NCBI RefSeq assembly: GCF_002113885.1
Contig: NW_018408567.1
Span: 1,067,537 to 1,123,101 of the forward strand
Direction: 5' to 3'
Length of the DNA stretch: 55,565 bases
Origin: Mizuhopecten yessoensis
Taxonomy: Eukaryota
Positions 34,867 through 49,800 of the stretch are shown here, piece after piece. The notes under the pieces are model-generated. The model was given only the letters and a program-made list of their open reading frames with translations. It searched no databases and was not told the DNA's origin. Made by a program: the position numbers and the translations under genes. Position 1 is the stretch's first letter. Every line of letters starts with the position of its first letter.

Positions 34867-37800
34867 CTGTTGACAAGGAAAGAAAACATATATCAGTAAA
34901 ACAAAGTTTAACAGACTGAGTAAGATAAATGATTTTTTTAAACTTGACTCTATGTATTATTAACAATGAAATGTTTCCATTTTCTCACAAATCGAATTAT
35001 ATATGCATAACTCTTCTGTCCAATGTTTTAGCCCAATCCACTGAAAACTATAGACTATCTGAGTGAGATGAGACACCATGGTGTATGAAACATCATGAGT
35101 GAGGGTATAAAGGTCATTGTTACCTGGGTGAGATGAGATACCATGATATAAATGTGACCTGGGCGAGATGGGAAACCATAATGTAAATGTGACCTGGGTG
35201 AGACGAGACATCATGCTATATATGTGACCTGGGTGAGACGAGACATCATGCTATGAATGTGACCTGGATGAGATGAGACACCATGTTGTATATGTGACCT
35301 GGATGAGATGAGACACCATGCAATATATGTGACCTTGGTGAGTTGAGACACCCAATGCTTTATATGTGACCTGGATGAGATGAGACACCATGCTATATAT
35401 GTGACCTGGGTGAGATGAGACACCATGCTATGTATCTGACCTGGATGAGATGAGACACCATGCTGTATATGTGACCTGGATGAGATGAGACACTATGCTA
35501 TATATGTGACCTGGGTGAATTGGGACACCCCATGCTGTATATGTGACCTGGGTGAGATGAGACTCCATGCTATATATGTGACCAGGGTGAGATGATGACA
35601 CCATGCTATATATGTGACCTGGTTGAGATGAGACACCATGCTATGTGTGTGACCTGGGTGAGATGAGACACCATGCTATGTATGTGACCTGGGTGTGATG
35701 AGACACCATGCTATGTATGTGACCTGGGTGAGATGAGACAACATGCTATGTATGTGACCTAGGTGAGATGAGACACCATGATTTATATGTGACCTGGGTG
35801 AGATGAGACACCATGCTATGTATGTGACCTGGGTGAGATGAGACACCATGTTGTATAAGTGACCTGGATGAGATGAGACACCATGCAATATATGTGACCT
35901 TGGTGAGATGAGACACCCCATGCTTTATATGTGACCTGGATGAGATGAGACACCATGCTATATATGTGACCTGGGTGAGATGAGACACCATGCTATGTAT
36001 TTGACCTGGGTGAGATGAGACACCATGCTNNNNNNNNNNNNNNNNNNNNNNNNNNNNNNNNNNNNNNNNNNNNNNNNNNNNNNNNNNNNNNNNNNNNNNN
36101 NNNNNNNNNNNNNNNNNNNNNNNNNNNNNNNNNNNNNNNNNNNNNNNNNNNNNNNNNNNNNNNNNTGTGACCTGGGTGAGATGAGACACCATGCTATGTA
36201 TGTGACCTGGGTGAGATGAGACACCATGCTATGTATGTGACCTGGGTGTGATGAGACACCATGCTATGTATGTGACCTGGGTGAGATGAGACACCATGCT
36301 ATGTATGTGACCTAGGTGAGATGAGACACCATGATTTATGTGACCTGGGTGAGATGAGACACCATGCTATGTATGTGACCTGGGTGAGATGAGACACCAT
36401 GCTATGTATGTGACCTGGGTGAGATGAGACACCATGCTATATATGTGAACAGGGTGAGTTGACAAACCATGGTGTATGTTTCATCACAGATATGCTGTTG
36501 TCTATGCCATTTGAGTAAGATAAGACACCATTGTCTTTGTCACAAGAGAGAGATGAGACTAATAGAATCTGTCACCCCTTGGGGTGAGATAGAGGAATCT
36601 CAACCTGGGGAGGGGGGGGGAGATTCTTCAGTTACCAAACACATTGCTTGCTGAATCTTTCTCCGAGGGTTGAGAATCCCCATCTTACCTCAAGGGGCTG
36701 AATGATTCTTTTTCTCTTATCCTGTTGACCTATTATTTACACAAAGCAATTTTAACGTTACAGGTTCAATGCATTGTTAATGTGACATATATGCATTGTT
36801 GATGTGATGTCATACAGTTGTTATGAATAGGGCAATTCCCCTATCTCAAACCTAGGGTGAGACAAGGATATCTCACACCAAAGGTAGTGTGGATACACCT
36901 GTCAGGGTAATATAATTCACCAGAATGGGATAAGACACTTAGGTCTATGTTACCTTAGTGAGCTGCCTGTTCTGGCCCTTCAACATCCTGACGGTTTCCT
37001 CTGGGTTCATGGTGCTGTTAGTTGAGCGGACAGCAAGGTTCATGTGGAGTGGAAACCCCTGTGGATGAGGAGAGATAGAGATATAATACTGTAACGTCAA
37101 TTTAACGTTTTGCAATAATATAATTTTGATGAATTTTGTGCACTCTTTGCTGCCGATATTAATACCTGTATCATAATTTGTCTTGTCATTATTATTCACT
37201 GTATCGTTCAATAACCCATCAGTACTGACTACATCATGTTAAGGGCATGGGAAATCAATTGGAATGTTTCAGATTGACAGGATTCATCTAGGACCATTAA
37301 CAGATTTTATGTATGCAATCGTGCATAGTGAGGGTATTGATTGAAATGGGCCTTATCCTGCTAATTAACTTAGAGCGGTATAGAAACAAACACATGAGTA
37401 CAAGGTCTGCCAGGTAAAGTTACCTAGAGACACAAAATCTGATGTAAAAGACATGTTAATGAGTTTCATTTTACCAATAATAAACAGAGATAATTGAGGA
37501 CCTTACAAACACCTTTAGCTAAGGTAAAGTTACCTAGACACAAAATCTGATGTGAAAGACATGTTAATGATTTTCATTATACATGTCCCAAAAATATACA
37601 GCGATCATCGAGAACCTTATAAGACTCTTTCATGCCCAGGGGTGTAGGATAAGGAAATTCCACCCGAGGAGTTTTCATATTTGGTAAAACCTTAGGCTTT
37701 AGACGAAAACGAATCTGTCAGCGAGATTAAGCATACCCCATATTTGTAAACAGAACTGCACGGAAAAAATTCAATTCATCTTTCTAACGTGTATGGTAAA

Positions 37801-40800
37801 TATATCGTAGTAGGTTTTAATGTCATCACAACGCCTTTTCCGCATAGCGGCATCAGATTTTTCCAAATTCATGACGCCAAGTCATTGTTAAGCCATTGTG
37901 ACGTCGAGTGACGTGAAATGGGGTGTAATATAGAAATTTCCTACACACTTTTTTTACACTGGACAGCTCTATATCACACACTTGGAAATGAGAGAATACA
38001 AACTCCTTGAGACCAGGTAAAGTCACTACCACACTGATCTTAGATACTGGTATTGATTTTCTCCTACACTTACAGCAGAACTGACATGTTTGTTCACTCA
38101 ACCATTACAGTTGTTTCAAACCATTATTGATTCTGGTAATTTTTGCAGTTTTTGAACTGTGAATTTCTGATTGGTATCGGCCTCCGATTGCTTTAAGTGA
38201 ACTAAGATATGATCCTGCTCAGGTGTGACATCCTTATTTATTCATTAGCCGAGAGCTCACAGTGGCGACAAAAATGTGTCAAGCTTGGAGATGAAACGGA
38301 TAATTACAATACAATTAACATCTATTAGAGGCAGTTGAAACACAACATTTCTTTACAGTGGTATGAGGTTTATACCTAGCATGAAGTCAAACAACATTTC
38401 ATCTAGTTCGTTTTCATTACGTGGGTTTCGAAATTATAATGAATGGGAATAATTTACATTAGGAGATAGTGTATCAAATTACCATCATGATAATTGCCAA
38501 ATTTCATCATAAAATTATTCCCTCCTCTAATTGATTGTTGATATCGTTAGGGACTTGCGCACACTTCTGTAAATTTAGTTTGTTAAAGAGTAAAATGACA
38601 TTAAGCTGTCACAGGAGACTTGCTGACTGATGACTCGCATTATACTCAAGTATATAATGTAGCTCTCAAATCTCTGTTTTATTCAGAATTAATTCATTTC
38701 TGGGATAAAGTCAAGTAAAAATTAATGAAAAATGACAAAATCATAAGAACTGTTGTTTTTACACCACATTTTCTCATCTGAACATCGGAGTCATTGGAGA
38801 TATATATGTTGACTGATGACTCGCATTATACTTCAGGTACCAGGTGCATGTACATTATGTAGCTCTCAAGTCTCAAATTTTATTCAGTATTCATTTATTT
38901 CTGGAATAAATTCAAGTTAGAATTCATGATGAATGACAAATCAGAATTGTGAAAGTTGTTGTTTCCACAACACATTTCTCATCTGAATATTCATGTACAT
39001 GACAAAATTAAAAGCGAGCTGTCAGGTTTGACATATTTTGCCCAAATACCATACACTTTGTCAAGTGACAGCTCCTGAAGACCAAAGAAATTGGGTTAAA
39101 AATACGGACAAAACCCAGCAATTAATATCAACACCTAAACAAGATTAATGACAGCAGCATACAGACTAAAAACGTTACCTTTTCGGAACTCTCTATGAGA
39201 GTTTTCAGCTGTTGGTTCACCTCTGAAACACGAGCCTGCTGAAAATTCATTCTCTCTTGATGAGACTCCAAGTTGTTGTCCTGCATTTGACATAGAAATA
39301 GAATCTCGGTTAAATTTTCATTGCACCATAATTTGTTCTCTCTCGTTATTCCGATTGTCCTGTCACAAACTATCATACTATTTTAGAGTAGAAAGTTTTC
39401 CCCAAGCTTCAATACTGTCCCATATTTCAATATACAAACAAGTTGGTAAATCCTTTAATCTTGACTAACATTCAGATACTGACCACTCCAAAATATTTTT
39501 TAAAACATGAACACATCATGAATTGTTTGTGTGGAGTTAAGCGTCCTTGTAAGACAGAAGACAACGCCAAAATGAAAGGGTCGGAAAGTTGGAAAAGAAA
39601 AGATATATAGATCCCAAGATTGCAATGGGGGTAGGGTAGCAGATACAGTCGGGATTCTTCAATGATGAATAACTATTTGAAGCAAATCATCTTTAAACCA
39701 AAAGAATTGCAAAAGGAGCATTGAAATGGGGTCTGTTTCTTACATTATAGGTGGCTTTTCCGACATATTTCTGTTTTTCGTCGATGCTCTGGACTTGCTT
39801 TTGGTACCATTCTCGCGCCTGTTCTACTATTCCCAGTCCCTGCATCAACACCTCCTTCTCTTTCTCTAACTGTCTCAGTCTCTTGATCTGAAGGTAGAAT
39901 ACATTTTATATATAAAGTTGTGATTTATAAATGCTAGATGATGACTAAATCTTTACATAGCATATTCAAGGTATATCATATAGCATCAGTGATTATCTGA
40001 GGATAAAGAAAAAGTTTGGTTCATTCCTGAACCTGTAGTAAAACTTTGTAGCATAATGAAAATGGAATTAAAATGAAAACTTTCACATTCAATTAAAACT
40101 TTGTCTTAGTAAGTATCCTGTTTGGCCTGAAAGTCGTTGACCGGCTCTAGCTTTTTACCGTATAACAAAACGGTAATCATTACATACCATACTGTAATCC
40201 ACTCCACTGGACAGCGTATGTCTGCGGGCCGAGTTCTGTCGTCGGACTGTAGCCCCCGACTTCTGAGGGAGGGAGCTGGCATTCTGGACCTTCGGATCCG
40301 ACTCATTGCTGTGTGATACCCTGGCGACCTGCTCAATGTTAACTGTATAGAAGGGAAAGAATATATCATATATACTACATATCCGAACATAAATGTTTTT
40401 CTTTTTGTTTTCTGCTAAATATATGCAGGATTTTTAAGACCTACAATTCAGAATGATCACCTCAGTCTTACAACAGCAATATGAATGCACACTAAAACTA
40501 GAAAAAGACTTCAGCAATACACATGTTATACCTTGCTGCGTCAATGACTGTGAATTAACTTTTAAGTTGTTGAAAGCAAAAACAATCAATTTGCTTACTT
40601 GAAAATTGTGATCTCTTAATTAGCATACTGGTAATGCAATTTGGTGAGAAGTGCAAGAACTTGTACAATTTATGGTATGAATTGCATTTTTAATTAGCTT
40701 TTTTTATAATTAGTCACAATAACCCCAAAATGTATAACTTAATTATTCTTGGTGTTGGTACCACTGTAATAATTTTGATGAAAATTTAAACCTATTACCA

Positions 40801-43800
40801 ATCATGGCCCTGTCTTAAAACTTTGGACATGTCAAGAGTTAAGTTCTAAAACACCCTTCCTAACTTCAACAGTATACAAAACTTTATTACTGTAAATGTT
40901 AGCGGATTATATAATGTAATATAATGTAGTAAAAAACATTCCAGACGACAGCTGGTATAGGAAATTTTAAGTAGAACAGCATTATTGCTATGTAGCATTC
41001 TCTCTATGTACACAACCATTTCTAAAGATCAAGCAACATAGGGATTGATTTTTCTATATTTTTTTAAGATACCATGCAGATTCAATTCTAGTGACTTTTC
41101 ATGTCAGTTATTTGTGGAACACTACCAATGTCCTCCATTTGTTTCAAACCTTGATAAAACACTGATGCATATCAAGCTGTTTAAGTAAAGGTCCAGAAGA
41201 GCTATTAAGTAACATTTTATAAGTACCATAAATTGCCATCAATCTGTTCTGAGTACAGTGATACTATATGGCCGTCTGAACTCATTCATAAACATTTCAT
41301 ACTATTGTAGTTTATTATGGTTGGAAAACTGTGTAAAAGATTCAAAATATTTTCATAGGCTTTAAGTAGCTGTACATGACAATTCCCATGAACAAGTCTC
41401 AATATTCCATAAACAGTTATAAACATTTCATACTTTTGTAGTTTATTATGGTTGGAAAACTGTTTAAAAGATTCAAAATATTTTCATAGGCTTTATTTAA
41501 GTAGCTGTGCATGAAAATTCCCATGAACAAGTCTCAATATTCCATAAACAGTTATAAACATTTCATACTTTTGTAGTTTATTTTGGTTGGAAAACTGTGT
41601 AAAAGATTCAAAATATTTTCATAGGCTTAGTAACTGTACATGAAAATTCCCATGAACAAGTCTCAATATTCCATAAACAGTCAAGAAACACCAATACAAT
41701 AGGTGCATTGTGTTTAGGACAACACCTTACAAGTTCTAGACATTACGAGTCAACAGTTCCTGCTGGTTTTTACATACCGGCTGAATGTCAATACCAAATG
41801 TCAATGCAACCGAGCCCCGTATAAAGTCATTGATCAGCCCTCTTAACTATTTAAGGACCTTTGAAGCTGTACTATATGAGCCCCAATCCTTTCCCCAGAC
41901 CACAATAAACACTTGGCTGACACTTTAAATCTGAATCCCTTTCACCTTCTATATACTTGGTACTATATTGATTCTAGACCTGACATAAACGTCGACTATC
42001 TTGAGCAGCAGTCTATATTATATATTATATAAGTAACAACACAGTTCCTTGTTTAAATCTGAATCCCTTTCACCTTCTATATACTTGTTACTATATTGAT
42101 TCTAGATCTGACATAAATGTCCACTATCTTGAGCAGCAGTCTATATTATATATTATACATAAGTGTAACAACACAGTTCCTTGTTTAAATCAGAATCCCT
42201 TTCACCTTCTATACACTTGGTACTATATTGATTCTAGACCTGACTTAAACGTCGACTATCTTGAGCAGCAGTCTATATTTTATAATATGCATAAGTGTAA
42301 CAACACAGTTCCTTGTTCAAATCTGAATCCCTTTCACCTCCTATACACTTAGTACTACATATATTGATTCTAGCTCTGACTTAACTCATTCACCCCTGAA
42401 GTTTCAAAATGAACTACCAACCTTAGAATTGGAAGAGTTCAACTGTGTCTTCAGGGGTGAATGAGTTAACGTTGACTATCCCGAGCAGAAGTCCTTTATT
42501 TGATATTATATAAGTAACAACACTGTTCCTTATTTTTTCCCCCAAATGAATGCAATACATGTTTGAAGCCATATAAACAATATTCATGTTCCGACAGTTA
42601 ACAAGATTTTTTTTTGTATTTATTATATATCATATGCTATGGTATTTTTTTTTAATCCATTTGATCTTTGATCATTATATATATGAGAGATTTGCTTACA
42701 TCGTTAGGTGTGGCTTATTTGAGGTGAAATACGATTTAATGTACATTGTAGCTCTTGATTCTGACCTTGTTACTTCACTGAAAGTTGCCCATCATTCATG
42801 ACAATTTAATTAAGCCTAGAAGTGTTTAAACAAGGAGCTAGGCATGCACGGTTCATTTGTTGTGTTTGACATTAGTATGGACACAAATCTGTTTGTCTGA
42901 TGCATGTTAAAGTTCTTCATCCTCATGATCAGAGAACACGATACGTCCAAATCAGGTTTATAAGTTAACCATACATTAATGTACAACATAAAATATCAGT
43001 AATTTATATTCGATATTTTTTTCTTGCAAACTTTTCTATGTGTTTGTACTGAAAGCATATATACATGTACATGCATGTAAACCACAGTATACATGTACAT
43101 ACAACTGCTGAGTGACAATAAGGGTAACTTTTCACTTTATAATGATTTATCTCAAATGAAGATGGAAGACTTTCTGACAGACAAAAATGGTTAAATTCAT
43201 TTTCACTTAAAACTGACAAAACTTTGAACCTTTGATCCTGGCCAGTATAGTGTTTCGAGATTTTATTTCAATCACACAGCACCCCACTGTTAGACAGACT
43301 GTTTGCTAGTGTACTGAGAGTTAGTGAAGCGGTGTCTCCTCAATTGTATTCAATCCTAAATAAATTACCCTGTACAAACAGCTCTATTGAACACTGACCA
43401 ATGTTTTTGCTCAATTTCAAATCCAATGAAAACTAGTTTAATCCGAAGTTTGTGAACATGCTTTGAGGGCAAAAAGGAATAATGCACCAATATTGAATCT
43501 ATAAACTGTCCTTAAACCCAGTTCCAGAAGGCTACTATAGACTTAAGTCAACTGTCATTTACTTATTAAAAATTATAAAAATAGTGAATATTATGATAAT
43601 CTAAATCTGTAAAGTCAACAAAATTATCTTGTGTATTTAACAATGTATGTATGATCAGCTGTTTTAATTGGAACAGTTGTAGTCTGAGATATAAAACTGT
43701 TTTTATTTTCAGAGAGTACATTTGGGATTTAATATCATTTTCAACAATAACCCCAATTTTTCACGACCCAACCCACACCCCTAAATACTATAAGACATGA

Positions 43801-46800
43801 AATATTTTGTAATACTCTATGAAAATATTGGGTGTCATTTCTCTTTATCAAATATTTCTAATCTGTGATCTTTTTCAAACATAAAAGAAACTTTTCCTTC
43901 AAGACTGATACCAACCCAAATATTCGCCATTTAATAACCTTGGATAGGATTTCTACTTTGACCCTGTTACCTGTTGCGTGAGAATCTCTATTTTTTTCCC
44001 TCATTCTTCCTGTCACTAGCCGACAACCTTAGCAAAGCAATGTACCTGTGTGAAAGGCAAAATGATGAATTTGTTTCCGACTTCAATAACTGATTTTGTG
44101 AAGGCAGACTATTGACATAAATTCTTTTTGTAACTCACAACAGTCAAGCGCACACTTTAAGCAAAATCAAATAATTCGAGGAGGTGAGACAAAATTACAT
44201 CTCGAGACCACCTTACCCAACCAACGGTGGCCCACACCTGGGGGTTAATTACAGGTAAGAGTGAATGTAATTCCCGCCTGTCGATGCTATTAACGACCCA
44301 TTTGTAGCAATGTACAAGATTTTATCAGACAATTACGAGCTATCAGTGTTATCACTGCAATTCAAATAAGCCGTTATTTGATCTTGTACCCTAAATTAAG
44401 ATTTTTTGTACCGATCCATTGGTGCGATTATACAAGCAGCAAATCTCTTTTGTGATACTGATGTAATGTTCCCTGATGGCGCATGATTTTGAAACAAATT
44501 TGTAAAGAAGTACAAATTAAAGAGGTTTGGAACATCAGAAGTGTTTATAGTCCCCCTAGGTTTTACTTTTTTTGCAACATTAAAGAATGTGCAATGGTTT
44601 CCTATTAAATTATTTGCATATATACAGTTACATTGTTTATCATACTTGCCAAGTCTCCCTACTTTGAAGGGCGACTCAGGATTCTGGACCCTAAAATTGA
44701 GCATTTCTCCACCAGTGAATTTGTTAAAACTATTCTTATTTTCCAAGATCTAATGATTTCACCTAATTGTGTTTTTTCCCCCTAGGTTGTACAAATAATG
44801 CTTTTAATTCTGAGCATGCATAATCCCCCTCATGGAAATTAAAAAAAAAAATGGCAAGTTTGATTGTATCATTCATGGATATGGAAGATATTTCTATTTT
44901 CACAATTAAGAGCAAAGCAAGTGAAATTTATATATGATATTCAATGGAAAACTATTGAATTTTCTGTTTATTACATGACCAACAAAGTCCAGAGCTTGCC
45001 AGTAAATCCATTAAAAGAATTACTTCATTTTTCATTCCCCCTTCCTTAGACACCAAAATTGCATGTCATTTTTGTGTTTTGGCATATCACAATTAACTTG
45101 ATACCATCAGAAGTGATCTAAGTCTGAGCTAACATTGACATATGACCCCAGGCTCATGTCTATATCATTTCCTTATCACACTTGCCCCTGTATTACAGGA
45201 GATACAGTAGCTACCAGTGATTCCCCTTAATCCGTCACCCAACCTGATCAAAGTCAACAACTGATATGATCACTAACTCTGCAGTAAATCCTGAACACAC
45301 AGTATAAAATTGCTATAAGGTTTCTTCATAACTACATAAATAAGGACGTCTTCAACCAGGGTTTTTGCCAGCTATTTTGGGAAGAGTCCCTGAGCAGGAA
45401 TGGAGAAAATATCATCAGCATTTTGCAAAAAATGCAAAATATCATCAGTGTTCCCACATATAGTACAGGTTTGGGAAAATATCATCAGTTTGGAAAAAAT
45501 AAAACCTGCAATGTAATTAGCAAAACGTTTTCCTCCAGCTGTTTCTTACAGTAATTGTATAGCAATAAATAAACACATCAATTTTCAGTGTTTTTGTTTA
45601 CCAGTTTTCAATTTCAAATTCTTGTTATTTCTGTATTGTGAAATGTTCCTTCACGGATGGTTTAAATACTCTGAACGTTGCACATATCACGAAAAGAAAC
45701 TTGTATGAACATGTTTTCATCCAATTGGGAAAAGAAAGACTGAAATTGGGAAAATGTAGGGTCATATTTTTCAATTGGAAATTGGTCCCTCAGTACTGGA
45801 TCGCCCCTATAAAGACCTGACAAAAACACTGTCAACCATCAGCTTTAACACGAGTGTTTTAAAAGTTGGGTTCAAGCTTTATTACAAGTAGAAGATACCT
45901 CAAAAGTATTGTACACTTGCTAGTTTGAAGTCAATTTTGAATCCATGGCAGTTTATTTTCTATGTATTTCAAGTGAAATATATATCTTCATATTACAGTA
46001 TCTCAAAACTTTTTGCATTATCCCAACGGCTAGAATGCTGTATATTTGTGTATGTGACCACAGGATCGTCCCAGGTGAGTACTGATAGGCCCCCTGCAGA
46101 GCTGGGAGTTTTCTTCTGTGTCTGAATTCTACCTCAAGGAAAGAATTAATGAAGAGACGAACATTAATTTGCTGCCCCGATTGCAACATTTGGAATCTGT
46201 GTTTTCTTCTCTTTCTTTTTGGCTGGGTACCTCAGTCTTCATATGATATGACCTTAACTATTACAAAAAAACATTAAACCCCAATTAAATGAACAAACAA
46301 AATCATCTAATGATGTAGTGGCATACTTGTAAAAAGACTTGTACATGCACAATGTACCTACATGTGGTGATATTATTAGAGGTGTTAACTGTCTGTTGGT
46401 TGCCATAAATGACCACATGGCAGCTGGGATTCCAAAATAAAGACAGGAAATTGGTGTTGAGGCTCTGTGCGATACATAGCGGCACTGAGTTAATATTTAC
46501 ACAACATATCAGGGTGATTCTGGAGGTGACAAATCCGAGAGTGACACCACTCAACTCTACAATTAACTGTATTTACCTAAGTCCTGACATAGGTAATAAC
46601 ATACTGGGATCCTTTCACTCTGAGCAGACTAGTTTAAGTATTATTTACACTTGCATAACAGAAAGGGTGGTATTTCCTGGCCCCTAACTTAAACACACTG
46701 TAAATGAATGGATTACTGTACCACTATCTCAAAGTTGAATTATCCAAATAACAACTTTATAATTAATTCCTATGGTACATGTATGTGATTAATTCTGATT

Positions 46801-49800
46801 TTGTGACATTGTGGAAGAAAACTTACTTTAATTTCCTTCCATGTCTGTTTTTTTTCTAAATTGCTACCATGGCTATATATTATGACTGACTCAATCTTGG
46901 GTTAAACTTTTCCTGGAACAAAAATATTACTGTGCCTGATGGAATGGCTAGAAAAACATATGTGCGTAATGATTTAGGTATTTTTTCCCCCCTTTATGAC
47001 ATGTAATTAATACTTACTTTCAAGTTTATCAGCCCTAAGATGAAGATGGTTTTAACCCACTATACATGTATATAATAATGATACCAATTATCTTGCACAT
47101 GAAAAAGCAACAAATATATGTGAAATATTTAGGAACCAAAATAAACGTTTTATCGCAAACGATTTTTTGTTAGTAATTGTTACTAACTTGCCTGAAGAAA
47201 CTACTGAAAAATTAGTTTAATATAGCATAAATTTACAACATTTTAAATTCACATCCCATAAATCAAATCATGATCAAGATTTCCTAGCATAGAATGTCTT
47301 TTTCATGATAAACTTGTCATAAAGTGGATCATTATTTCCCCATATCCTGTACGATTATGTTCCATCTATCTCTGATCACGATGTACAATTAAAACCACTC
47401 AACCACAGCTCAATAGATCTAGATCCTATCGATGTTCCCAGCCGCAGAAAATTTCAGCAATTTCCCGGTCACGCTATTCAATGAAAAGTAACAACTTCAA
47501 TTTTATGCTACAATAGCAGGTTATGATGTACTATGACAATCATAGATTCGACACAATATTTCATAAAAACAGAACTGTTGAGCTCAGAGAAATTCAATTT
47601 GAAACCGAGTCTTAACTGGACCTGGACGGATCAAAGACGTTAGCCGTTGCTCAGGAGGGTATCAAGTGTCCAATGGATAATTTGTGAACAGTTAATAGAC
47701 AGGGCAAAGTAGCAGTGTTATCACGCCAGGTAAACTATTTACCTGTGTGTACCTTGACAGTTAGATGATATGGTCTAGTACTCGCCAATAATCGGACGTT
47801 GTGTAAACGAGACACTCGAGATCAGCATGGCACATACCGGTAGTACATTACCATATAAAACATTTCAGTTCCTGTCCAACTTTATTGCCCTTATCTATGT
47901 ATAGCAACAGTGGTTTCTCCTCTTTCTTTATTTAACATTTTGAATTCAAATTATATAGGGCAAGAATGCAAAGCAAATATCTTTCTCAACGTTTAACGTT
48001 TAAAATCCTATCAGTGTTTGAAAAACCTTATCAGTTATCCAACTCGCTGTTCTCACGATGACCTCATCTTTAACGAAAAGTTCAAAAGTTTGATTTGAAT
48101 AATTATTTAGGGCAAGACTGTTAACATATATATATATATACATCAAAAAACAAATATTTGAATACAACCACTTACCAGTACTGCATTGAGAAAAAACATT
48201 TAATAGAATAAAGAATAACTGAACATAACTGATTTAAAAATAATAAAAAAAATCCTGATGCCCAAAAAGGCTTTAGCAAGTGTGTTGTACTAGTAAATGA
48301 AGAAGCTTCTATTCCAACTGTAATTAATAGTTAACTTAAAAAATACACTTTCAAATGAAACTATTCTAGGTACCATGTCTTTGTTAAAGATCCTATATAC
48401 ATGCAATCATTACTCAACTCTTGCAATTGTCTATATATACAAGAATGCACATACGTTCATAGCACATTTTGTACAGTCTGTATGTGAATCTGAGGAGAGT
48501 CAACTTTAGACCTTTCAAACTTCGTGTTCTGATAAAAGCTTTTGCTGCAATCAAATTCTTCTTCTTCTTTTGTTTTGTAAAATTTTACAAAAGTGATAAT
48601 AACTTGACATTGGATTGAATAAGATTATAAATAAACAGAGCTTGTTTTAAATTTTCAATAATATTCACAGTGCAGAAACTTGTTCAGGTAATGTTTATAA
48701 TTAAACCATATTTTTTTTTATATAATTTTTATCTACAGAATGCAATTTTGATCAAATACAAAGATAGGTGTACAAATTACCCTGGAGCCTTATTAAATAC
48801 TTTTATTTTCTCATTTGTTATTATAAATGCCTAAATAAAAGTGTTATAGGCTTAAAGGCATGAAGTCAATTACTTTTCTATGCCCTGTGGGTTTAAAAAG
48901 CTAATCTACCAGTGGAAGGAGAGTTTAATCCCCTCAGGCTAACTACATGCATATGTAGCTTAGAAATTGGCAACAATTACCTGTAATCTTATCTCAATCT
49001 GACAACACACTATTATTTAGAAACATAAATAAACATGATTGGGTAAGTCAACCTTTCAATACCTGTGTTTATTTTTGATTGCTTATATCATCACTTGACA
49101 GATATAGATAACATTAGCTCTGGGAATCAGCAATTCATAATACATTACGATTGATCCCATAAGCTGTAGGCTATTTTCAAGTAATACAATTAAAACAATT
49201 ATAGTTACTCAATGTGATTTCCATTTCTATGTGATATAAGGTGAAAATGACACACTTAGGAATCATGTATTCAAGATTATTATGCTCTATATTTAATTAA
49301 TCAATTAATATTTTCAGACATTTTAATCATTGTCAACAAAATCCATTACAGAGTCTTAAAAGCTGCAACTGATAAAATACAGATTGGTAAACAAAATCCC
49401 TCTAGAACCTTATTAAATATTTTCATTTTTTTCATTTTCATGAACGTCTTTTTAAAAATTCTGGTGTCAGTCCTACTACTAAGAAATATAGTGGGTTCTC
49501 AAAAGAGTAGGCGAGTTCTATAAGGAAAGCATGATTAAGTCCTGGATTCAAATATCTGAATCCCAAAAATCACTGATTAGTTTAGACATATATATAGATA
49601 ACATTTCTCAGGATGTACCATCCCCTGGGATTATGTATTACATCTTTTACGTTTTTATTAAAATGCTCGATAATTTTCAGAAAATATTTACCGTAAACTC
49701 CTCCAGCTGATGAATGAGAACTTTGGGCCAGTAGATGTGAATCACTATTAGCTTGATGAAAATGTTCTTTCTTTGCAACAGATGGTTGTCCAGGCTCTTT

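Noticed and set aside
34960-36227. VSHLTQVTYIAWCLISPRSH ORFs
   Set aside because: Translation artefacts of the intronic minisatellite.
35120-36455. CRISPR-like 35-bp repeats (also the 30-bp and 65-bp arrays)
   Set aside because: Units are head-to-tail with no unique spacers, there are no cas genes, and the context is eukaryotic.
40106-40390. 94-aa ORF in the track
   Set aside because: Wrong frame; the spliced frame gives the conserved RRHTLSSGVDY motif.
42660-47640. TCF/LEF-like CTTTGAT/ATCAAAG sites in SAPCD2 intron 1
   Set aside because: A few 7-mers in AT-rich DNA are expected by chance; no conservation data are available.
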